Shown: positions 1 to 16,615 of the stretch, piece by piece | Position numbering within the stretch: position 1 is the stretch's first letter | Layout: every line of letters starts with the position of its first letter | Notes under the pieces: model-generated | Told to the model about the DNA's origin: nothing | Database searches by the model: none | What the model saw: the letters and a program-made list of their open reading frames with translations, nothing else | Position numbers and translations under genes: made by a program | NCBI RefSeq assembly: GCF_963853765.1 | Contig: NC_088854.1 | Span: forward strand, 40,796,001 to 40,860,000 | DNA: 64,000 bases | Origin: Magallana gigas | Lineage: Eukaryota | Direction of reading: 5' to 3'

Positions 1-389
1 AAAAAGAAAATAAAATTTTTATAAAATGAGAATTTTGCTAGGTTAATGTACATGTAAGAAATAATTAATTAAAATTATTAGCAATAATTTGTACTCAAGT
101 TTTTGAAAAGCTTCGAGTTACTTGTATGTACGCACATGTATTTAGTATTTACATTCATGCACATAGACTTGTATCAGATACATTAAAATTACATGTATCA
201 TGTTAATACATCTTACAGTTCAAATGTTCTTGACATATAATACCAATAAAAATCGCAATATAAGGTATACTCAGAAATTGCCCGAATTGTTTTAAATAAG
301 CATATTTAGTTATTGTTTTATTCGTTGCTTCAGTTTTCTTTTCTAAATTATTTTATATATATTATCACTATTGGTGATTTCTTTTGAAG

Positions 390-643
390 ACTTGACTGCT
401 GCGGCCAACACTGGTTTCTTCACCAGTGGCTCAGACGACAGAGCCGAGGGAATCTTTGAATGGACGGACACCGGAACTCCATATCCCGTTACCTATAGCA
501 ACTGGCAGCCAGGGCAACCAAACAATGTGGGCAGTAATCAAGACTGTCTCCTGCTGCAGTACCCCGACAATGACTGGACATGGGGAGACGTAGACTGCGC
601 GGAAAAACATCCATTTATTTGTGAAGTCAAGCAGACGATTTAG
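390..643 (+). CDS. Terminal exon of a C-type lectin domain protein (perlucin/CTL-like); upstream exons lie outside the window
   Basis: Translation GFFTSGSDDRAEGIFEWTDTG...YSNWQPGQPNNVGSNQDCLLLQYPDNDWTWGDVDCAEKHPFICE has the CTLD hallmarks (G-x-F-x-W, NW-x-x-G-QPN, DC, W-x-D-x-x-C, FICE). Acceptor ttttgaag ends at 389, stop TAG at 641-643, AATAAA near 658 and 712. Confidence 0.88.
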
Positions 644-1745
644 TTCAATTAGTTGTGAATAAATGTGAAAAAAATACAACAAACTATGTTACAAAATACC
701 TGTCTTTGATTAATAAAAGAGGTGCTGTGGTTATTCTATGAAGCTATTGGGGGAGGGGGAGCAGGCTGTTGTCTGTATAATTGTTGGGGTATTCGTTGGG
801 TATTGACACATTTGGTTCGTGTTTGCTTAAAGATTGATTTAATTTTTCTGACTGTTTTCTGTAACGTTCATTCTTTCACTCATTGGACATGTTGGAAGAA
901 TAAAGTTTTCATGAAAATGTGGAAAATTCAGCAATTTGGGCCATGGTCGACCAGGAGTTTTGGACGATGATTTGCAACATTTTAGTTTTCTTACTGAGCA
1001 AATATTTTATTAATCTGCCAGGTTGGTTATATTATAACTATGGTTATTACTGTGTATGTTTGCTTGGCTGATTTATCGAAATTAAGGAACATGAAAATGT
1101 ATATCATGCATCATGTAAATCAAAAGTGTTGCACAACAAATATACATTTGTGTCAGAAAGTTTATTTCATAAGTTACAAAACAAGATTGTCAACAACATT
1201 GAAATAACAATAAAGTCCACACAGTGGAGGCCACATGCTGACCATACATCGCATCTTGTCGTCTGCTAATCAGTGCAAACAGAAAACTGTAGGAAAGCCA
1301 AGGAACTACGATATCTACTGTGCGCATGCGCGGATGACCACTCTTCTATATATTAGTGAAGGATGAGTTTAACAAAAACAACAATGTATGTATCTTGCAT
1401 ATACCGTTGGAATACTTGTCGAGTTCCTTTGAAAATTTATTTGGAACTTATTTAAATGCATTTAGAATTATTAATATCAACAGTTCATATCAACAATTAC
1501 TCTAATAATAAGAAGGTGTGTGTGGGAAAATTTATTTGCGATGAAAAGTTCTAATACGTCACTACACTAATAAATTTGATAAAAAGGAAAATATGCCTCA
1601 AAAAAGGCATGTGACTTAGATTCTCGGCAATAAGAAACAACAGAAATTGATCACATTTGCGATACCCTACAGTTCAAAATTTCAATAATGAAAAAAAATG
1701 TAATACAAGAGATGGCAAAATCTTTAATTCCTTAGATCCGCGCTC

Positions 1746-4700
1746 TCAGTTGCTGATACATTTGTCTTTACAGTCCTCCTCAGTCTTAAAGTAGTTGTCG
1801 TTGTGCTTGCATCCACCATAGTAGAATTGTTCGCAATTTTTTGTCTTTGAATTGAAGTAGAAACGAGGCAGTTTGCCTTTGCAGGGACCAACTTTCTTTG
1901 GTTGAAGGCAAACGCTGTCCTCGGTTTCCGTTTCTTGAACTACAGAATGATACACTGCGTTAAAATCATTTTATAATAATAAGACAGAAAATTAAAGTTT
2001 ATACTTCTCACTTCTATAAAAGTTGTGCTTGTGTATTCGAGGAAAAATCGAAGTACTGAAATGAACTTTGAATGCTCTAACTAATAACTTCTACTTTTAC
2101 GATATGAACTGATCTAATACACAAAATTTATTTTTGTTAAGATTACTAGAACTAATACGAACTACATGTAATTCATTCATCACACTGAGTATCATTTTGA
2201 TAATTTGTGGATTGTCCGATGCCGTTCCCAGAATTCTATTTGCACAATTTGGGTTATTAAAATTCTACATTGAAATTCCTTGTCCGAAAATCTTTGTCTA
2301 TTATTAACGCTCATATTGATGATATTTATGCGCCATCATTTGCGATAAAAAGGTGTTGAAAAAAAAACCCGTTTTTAAAAACTACCTTGTATTTCTTTTT
2401 CCGTTCCAGAGTTCGTTAGGTATGGAGGTGATCGTATTGTGTTGATTGGATCTGGAAAAAAAAAGAAATTTTTTATCTGATGAAGATTTACATCTATTTG
2501 CCATTTTGAAAGAAGCATCTAAACAGAATGCAAATTTTCCAGCATTCTGTTAAATTGTGCTTCTAAAAAATATAAAGTTCAGCGAAATGGTACATGTTTT
2601 CCAAGTCGACTTGTTCTTGGAGTTAACCACTGATTAATTCGGATGAATTACTGATGAAATTACATGTACAACGTACGCTCTATAATGATAACCGGTTTTC
2701 TGTTTCTATAAGCGACAACGAAATAAGGGGGAATATCATTTACTTTTTTCGCATTTGGACATTCCTTGAAAAGAGTCCCATATTGCAACATGGTGAAAGG
2801 GGTCCGGAACTCCGATGCAAGTTATTTCCCCTGTTCCTACCAAATGACATCCGGGGTCACATTGCAAATGCCAAGTCTGTCCCATCGCATGGCTCGAGCC
2901 ATTGTAGTGGCCGCAGTGCATTGTGGGTGGGTCCCCACATTTTATGTCTGAATAAGGTGTATATGAATGNNNNNNNNNNNNNNNNNNNNNNNNNNNNNNN
3001 NNNNNNNNNNNNNNNNNNNNNNNNNNNNNNNNNNNNNNNNNNNNNNNNNNNNNNNNNNNNNNNNNNNNNNNNNNNNNNNNNNNNNNNNNNNNNNNNNNNN
3101 NGACAGAAAAAGTCACGATAAAATCTTGGTTATATCTTTAAAACGATATTTTTTAAAATACGAAAAATTTAAAACAAATAAGTGTTAATGTCATAACAAT
3201 CATTAGACAATCATTAGACGATTCAAATATAGGTCGGGGAGACTTTACATCTATATCGTAGATCTATACCAAGATAGATTTTTACGAACTGATATATCTA
3301 AACAGTTCAGAGTTCACTGATAATGAAACAAGCAATCACAAGCAGGAAGCCCCCTCGCCGATTATACATGTCATGTTAAGATCATTTATATATGTACAAT
3401 TTATCTAAATATCTGCTTTTAAAGTAAGTATCTAAGTATTTATCTAGAAAAGAAAGATTTTCCTTGCATCAAACTTTTATATTTTCCCTTGAAAGTTTAT
3501 GGATAAATGGTTGTTTGGGTGGTTTAACAAAATGCCAGGTATTTTAAATTTATGGAAATTTTGGTAATAAATATCGTCGAAAGTTTAAAATGAGATCAAA
3601 ATCAGATTTACATGTATAAGGATAAGATGATAGGTAAATCATGCGAGTCGGATACCTACAAAAATGATTAAAAGAAAATAATGTCAAATAGTTACTTTTT
3701 TATGGCCCTGTTGACAAGTACCGGAGAGAATATATTTTTCAAAATTAGAAAATTAAAAGGTGAAATATCAGATCGTAATTGGGGTGTAATTTACATAAAT
3801 TTCAAAATAAATTTCAACCCAAAAAAGTTGGCTGAAATTTTTATGTTGACATGGGGTAATATCAAAGACTAGAGTGAATAAATTCTCCGTGCGTGGATTC
3901 CAATGTGTGTTTCATACAAAAAGGAATAAATTTCAGTGAACGAATTTGACATCTCTTATCATTAATTTATCTCATCTAACAGAGTTAAAATTTATCAATA
4001 CCTCGCCATAAATCAATTATTTAATAAATAAAAATTAATAAACATTCTTTTAAACGATTAAGTTATGTATATTTTTTCGTCTTCAAGACTACTACATTGA
4101 ATTCCGCATTTTTATAAAATATTTTCCCAGGTACATTTTATTTGAATCCACTACTGCATGAAATTCAACACCATTGGTGTATTATATTAGCATGTAATAC
4201 TGACTGCCGATCCACAAGCGTATCAATTTAATAGGAAGTTCGTTGGTATAGTTCGGATATTTCATGGGTTCGTTCTCTTCCACCCAGACAAAGATTAATT
4301 GTTTAAGATAGTTCACATGCTTTTTTTAATTTTAATTTGTAACCCCAAACCCGCTCTCCATGTTCAAAACGGTTATCAAAATCGCCATGAATCAATGGAA
4401 TCAAACCCGACATGCATAAATAAAAATTTAAATGGCAAATAGAGTCGCCTCGTAAATAACACTAATCGTTGACAAGATCTAAAATAATCACAGTTGGAGG
4501 ATGTTACAAGTTGAGAGACTTGTTAATTCGATACTAGATTACCCTAATCTCAGTAAATGAACGTGTTCGGCTGGTACGACCAAGAGATAACTGAATTGTT
4601 GCCAAACTTTTTGGGGTGACTGTTGGTATAGAGGGTTTTTTCTCTCTCTCCTTATGTCGCGACATTTGGGTACCTGGTGCTGCCGTCGCGATCCCCACTT

Positions 4701-7628
4701 CAGACGGGGGGTAATTCTCGCAAAACAAACAAAATATTAGCTTTCGGGTTCAATCTGTTTTATTTATCTTCCAGAAACAATGAGTGAGTAAGTGATCGCT
4801 TGTTACAGTGGAAGCACGACCGGGTTAGTGCAAACACTCAGCGATAGGGACGGGGGACTCGATTTACACCCGCCCATTCATCTCTGTGACAGATTCCAAT
4901 TAAGATCTTCTTAACACTTTGATTCTATGGGAGCTATAACCGAAGACGGTTTTTTTTTCTTCTGCAGGGATTGTACTCTCGAACAAGATTTGAAGGACTG
5001 CTGAATAAAGATTTTATTTCTAGTTTTTTTTTCAACGACAATACGTTGTAAATGATTTGACAATTCTTCCTTAGTTTTCTTTTCTTTTCTTTTTTCTTTA
5101 AATTGTCAGTGTTAGGTCGAGCTTTGTTCAATTAGCATGTCAACAAGAAAGCATAATGGTAAAATCTACCATAGTAGTTCATGCATTTCAATTAGACGAA
5201 TCTCGGAACTTGAATGGACTACCCGCGGTTCTCCTTTCGGTATTGGGAGCTTGTAGAGAAAGTATATAGCCCGTCGGTCCGTCCCGATTGAGTGCATTAT
5301 TCATCCTCCTCAAGACATTATCTCGTCAAAGTCTGTCTATTACCATTCTTGCACGTTACAATGTCGTAAAGCAAATTACCTGTCTTTAAAAGAATTTTTT
5401 GAAGTGTGAGAAGTTTAAATAATTGATGAAAGAAACTACCACCCATATGTCAAGGGAATCAATCACTCAGACCGATTTTAAAGTAGGAATACCTTGAGAA
5501 GTTTATTAACATTTTAGTTGTATATTGAAGAGTGTTTTTTTTTCTTTGTTAAATCATGCTTAAATAATTTCAGTGAAAATTGTACTTTTTATACTTTTCT
5601 GAATTTCTTTTTCAGAGGAACAAATTTAGCGTTAGTGACACCGCTGACAAGCTTGTATATGCGAAAAGGGAAATTTTATTATTTTTTATAGAAATTTAAT
5701 TTGGCGTTAATAACTTTATAAATATTGACTGAATTCAGAACAAGGGTTGCCAAGCCATAGGACAATGTCCATTATATATGTCAAGATAGTTTGAAGACTT
5801 TCAGCTATTTTAATCGTCCGTTCCTCGTACTTAAGACCACTAAATATCGTGAGAATAAAGCATACGGTGTGATAAGCTCATTACAGTCTAAATACGCAGA
5901 AAATTTTGTTTGCATCTAAACAACAAATTTCTTAAGTACCTTACTTACCTTAAAAAGACAGAGAGGAAACGTATAAAATTTAGAAATGTTCCTTAAAATG
6001 GCAGAGCGAAAACGTGTTAAAAAAAGGAGAAAATTTTCCGAGGAAAATTAGAGCTAGCTATAGCCAGCATGCATACCAATACAATTCTTAGAATTACATA
6101 ATTTTTTTTTTTTAATTTGATTATAAATGCATGGTTATATGTATATTTACGTTGTATACACGGTTATTAAAGGTGAACCCATCGAATGTGTGAAAAAGGG
6201 AACGTTTTGTATGCAATTTAATTTCCTGAATGGCAGAGTCCGCGAGGGTTAGCCAGGACAATGGAGTGGCAATTCGATACCTGTCCCGTCGCAAATAGAG
6301 GCAGCGAGATCCAGGCACGGCATCACAAACTGCAGGGACCAAAAAAAAAAAAAAATACTTCGTCGTGACCCAGCACTTCTCTGGTATAGGAACCAACAGT
6401 GCATCCGTAATAAGCAAGGACCCAAGAGAAAAAAGAAACTCTTCCTTTAAACTTATTTATTTTGACATTTAATGGGAAAAGAATCGGCAACAGAATACTT
6501 GTGAAGAAAATGAGAGATGTCTCAAATCGTCGCGCCTGTAAATTGACGAAAACTCGTTCTAAATATCGGGGCCTTAGACATTTTTTTTCTTCCCTTTCTC
6601 CTTTTCTTTGTCTAGATTTACATGTATTGAAAGTGGTAAATTGAGAAATGCTGTTAATAGGAAAATGACAAAGCAATTTTCTTTGGCATTGATAATGAAT
6701 GAAAATAAACTTGGACGACAAGTATGTGTGTATATATTACTTATATGTGCAGGTTGTGTGATAATTCGTTGACCCAGGTGAGTGGAGCACACTATCAGCA
6801 ACAGATTATTACGTGCGGAGCGAATGTCTCCGGCTTACACCGCCATATAGCCGCTGATATAGAGCAAACAATTTTCGCCGGTGCGTGCAAACTTTTAGAA
6901 AGTTTACATGTTACGAAAACGTGCCATTTATTTACAAATACATGTATTTCTGATTTGAACGATTACGTATACATACAAATGTGTATTGCAAAGATGATTT
7001 TAAGCGAAACATAGCCCCATCAAATCAATAGGGCTACATCATAGAGAAATTAACGGTACAATAAGAAGTTGTTTAGAAAAAAAAATGAGTATTGCGTTTA
7101 TAAATTTCATATATCAGATTTACAATATCTTGTTGAAGATCGTCATTTTAAATATAATCATATAAAATATTAAATGTCTCTGGTTAGAATTAAATTCAAT
7201 AAACATGTATGCGTTTATGTTTCAAAACATATACATGTGTGTGTTTTAAAAAACACATTTAAGAAATAAAATGAAACAATTTAAATTTTAAATCATTTTT
7301 CTTAATTAAAAAAAATATCTTTGCATCTGAAATTAATTCAAATGTAGGCTATGCTTTTAACAACTGTTACAATTGTCATGTCAAAGATACTACAAAGGTT
7401 TTTATGTACATATAGATAGATAAGTATAGGTCAAATATACGTACCATATTCATCCTCCTCCTCGTCCGCATGCTTTATTCGGCTTTCACTGGACACTCGA
7501 ACGGGCTCTTCTGATTCCAAATTAAGAATGTCCCTTTGAAGAGGTTGAGATAATTTTTTGGTTTCGAAAGCAACAGTCCTTTGAACAAAACATAAAATAA
7601 ACACAAGTAGTAATCTGTTTAACTCCAT
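1746..7628 (-). CDS. Secreted protein: signal peptide + acidic spacer + Sushi/CCP domain + C-terminal Kunitz (BPTI) inhibitor domain, about 229 aa in the fullest model
   Basis: Confident exons: 7628-7445 (MELNRLLLVFILCFVQRTVA signal peptide, donor G|GTACGT, phase 1); 2947-2744 (KCGDPP...LQCDPGCHLVGTGEITC...W...SKC, phase 1-1); 1954-1746 (CLQPKKVGPCKGKLPRFYFNSKTKNCEQFYYGGCKHNDNYFKTEEDCKDKC, six Kunitz Cys). Candidate small exons 6329-6281 and 3655-3612 also keep the frame but are less certain, and an N gap lies at 2970-3101. Confidence 0.78.
2970..3101. other. Assembly gap (N run)
   Basis: Run of n characters. Confidence 1.
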
Positions 7629-7808
7629 ATTGCCTTTAAAGTTCGAAAATGTGATAAGAGAATCTCCCCTCTATCTCTTTAAAGTCACATGATCAGTTCC
7701 TTTAAATAGCAAACGGCTTTCCTCGGTAGATGGCGCAATCATAATAGAGGGGTTGGGAATTCTTTTACTTCCGGTATTGCGTGTCATCGGTCTGTCCAAC
7801 AGAAAAGC
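7629..7808. promoter_or_regulatory. Compact bidirectional promoter between the Sushi-Kunitz gene and UFM1
   Basis: The divergent ATGs are only 180 bp apart. The interval contains TCACATGA (E/M-box, 7685-7692), a minus-strand TATTTAAA (7701-7708), YY1-like AGATGGCG (7728-7735) and ETS ACTTCCGG (7767-7774). Confidence 0.6.
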
Positions 7809-13635
<5,827 letters not shown>

Positions 13636-14668
13636 ATGACAGTGTTCTAGTCTAATTAGTACATCCTTAATATATTTAATTTCATCATCAGGGGTATTCT
13701 TCATGCATGGAAACAATCCGGCGAACATGGAACTTTTCCACTGTGAAGAGATTTGGACTCATTTTAAAGAATTCTAGTACCACCCGATATTTTTTCTCAT
13801 TCTTGAAATGCATCCATTTATTCTGAAGATTTTGTGAAATAAGTAATTCTTAATAGGTTAGTGATATGTCCGACAGCTAAGTGTCATTATGTTGTAGATA
13901 ACTTATAAACTAATATTTTTTTTCTCAAAATTTTAATGAGTAATTTTAAATGGATAATTTATAACTGCATTTTCTTCTTAGTGATACAAGTTAAGATTTG
14001 GTTTATACAATGTAGATTATGTGTTTACAATTTTTAATCAATTACATAAATTATCAAAACATCAGAAAAAATTTAACTGGTAGGTTATATAGATATATAA
14101 CATATACAGTATAATAGAATCTTTCACAATTTAACATTTTGTAAATTAAATAATATTACATGTATGTACTTTTCTATTGACATTAAGATATAAACTTTAA
14201 TAAATTGTTCAGTATTTGGTGTGTTGAAAATTTTATTGTAATTTGTATATTAGTTTTAAGAATTGCTGTAAATTAAATAAATGTTTGATATTACTAAAAA
14301 CTCTTGTTTCATATTCATCACATTAATAGTATATGTTTTCATCCTTGGTAGGAAGAAGTAGAGAAAAATTATTCTCTTTTTTAAGGCACAAAATGTAGAC
14401 ACTTATTGACATGATTTTCAGCCCAGCCCACACCTATGTAACGGTATATACTACAAATGTGAAAAGTTCCTCAAGTTGTTAATCATGAAATCCCATCTGC
14501 AGGCCTCTAGCTCCTGGTCTGAAAAATTCTGATGGACGTCCCAGGTTGTCCATTCAATTTTTTTCCACCTAGGAGTTACAGACCTGTAGCTAATACCAAG
14601 CAAAATTAATACTGTACTGTAATGATTATACGGAACATTATTATTTTATCTAATCTTAATTATCCAAA

Positions 14669-15167
14669 TTAAAGGGGCATGGTCACAATTTTGGTCAAAT
14701 TTCATTTTTCTGTTTTTATTAATCACAGTGCTTTATGAATGCATTTCTAATGATCAAATGAAATTTGGGTGCCAGTTCTTGAGTTTTAGGCAAGATACAG
14801 GGCTCGCAATTCTTCGTCATGTAAATAGGGCTCGTGCCCTTTTTTGTTTACATTGGTTCAATATACCAGTAAAAATCTTTTTTAAACTGATTTGTCTATT
14901 CTCTTATTCATTTTAAGCATGAATTAACAGTTCCTAACGACTAACACATTTATTTTGTGTTTAAAACTAGAATTTTCACTTCAACATTCAAAATGTAAAC
15001 AAAAGCTTTGTTTAAATAGCGAAGAATTGTAAGCTCTGTAACTCACTTATAACTCAACAAATGACACTCAAATTTCGGTTGCCCTTTTAAAATGCCTTAC
15101 TGAAGTTTTGTAAACACCTAAATCGAGAAAATAATTTTTGACCAAAACTGTGACCATGCCCCTTTAA
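14669..15167. mobile_element. Kolobok-like MITE, family 1 copy A
   Basis: About 27-bp TIR AGGGGCATGGTCACA(A/G)TTTTGGTCAAA flanked by TTAA on both sides. An inverted homologous copy lies at 47964-48468. Confidence 0.8.
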
Positions 15168-16219
15168 AGAAACATTGAAGATTTTTAAAAAGCTTTATTT
15201 ATAATATTAAAGAAAATTTGATTGAATTGTATATCTGCTTTAATACTAACAGAATAAAAAAAAATCAAGTGGTAAAATATCATTTCACCTTTCAAAAAAT
15301 ACAATTATGGCTGTCTCAAGTTTAGAAGAATATTAGTACTGGTAAATATAATTGCTTGTACGGTAAATGGCATTCCATAGAAAAATAGTACCGGTAAATG
15401 TTAAAAAATCATGCTACCAAATCAACTGATTAATTTTCAATCAGCAGCTACTGTAAAAAAAAAAACTCCATCATAGTTCGATTTTAAATCTGGGCATACA
15501 TAAAACATTAATTGACATATATATTGTTTTTAACCTCCCACTAATAGCATTTATTATCTAAAGGTATGTTGTAAAAAAAGAAAACCCTATCAGCATATGC
15601 ATCAGTTCTCATGTGTTGTAATATTCATGTGTTATACCTTGACCCCATTCCTTTTAACCTGTAAATTAAGTTGTTAGAATGTACCTGGTACTGCATAGAG
15701 ATACATTAAAGTGTGCAATAAATCTGATCATTTTGCAATGCATTTTTGAAAATTAATATCTTCAGCCCCACAGATATTTGAATAAAACACATGTACACTT
15801 TTTTTTTTCAAAAGAGATTTAATTTGGAGATTCTGAAGCCTGAGTGACAGGGCTAAAATATCTTTGAATAGAAATGAAAAATTCATATCACATCAATGTA
15901 AATCAATTTAATATTTTTTAAAAAAACATGTAAATGAACAGTTTTTAAGTAGATTTAATAAGTATCACCATATGTATAGTACTGGTATTTTTCAATCTTG
16001 CATAATTACATAATACATGTATATAAAAAGTGGTTTTACATTCAAAAATATAATTTCCCCCTTTTATTATTATGCAATGCTACATGCCAACATAGCATGT
16101 GTATATGAAATCAATAGCTTCCAAAAGCTGTAAACTTTTTCCAAAAATGTAAATTAATTATGATTTATGACTTGTTTTTGTAAATGTTCTTAAGTCTGTT
16201 CAAGGAAAGATAGACAACT

Positions 16220-16546
16220 CTATGGAGATTTCAACCAGCTGGCAATGTATTTCTTCTCTTGGTTCCTAGCAGACACCACATCAACTGGGTCAGCTTTGTT
16301 TGAGCCCCTTAAGTCCAGATGGTGGGCACCATTAGGTATCAATATGGCAACTACTGAGTCTGACTGAGATTTTAACACTCCCCCTGAGGACCATGGATCC
16401 AAGAGACCATTGCTGAAAAAAAGTTGATTTTCAATATTTTGAAAAATTTATACCGGTATCTCTTATTACACCTTTGATATATCGGAGTGAGCTGAAGGTC
16501 CTAGTCACTGTGCTTGATGTTTGTTAATCATCTGTACATCTCAAAT

Positions 16547-16615
<69 letters not shown>

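Noticed and set aside
1321-1331. TGCGCATGCGC NRF1-like palindrome
   Set aside because: Lies between two convergent 3' ends with no nearby gene start; probably a repeat remnant or chance.
6121-6280. Read-through of the 6329 exon giving ...LHTKRSLF..., a possible dibasic pro-peptide site
   Set aside because: It needs a weak downstream donor in a phase that does not match the Sushi exon. The shorter exon ending at AG|GTATCG is more parsimonious, but this cannot be excluded without transcripts.
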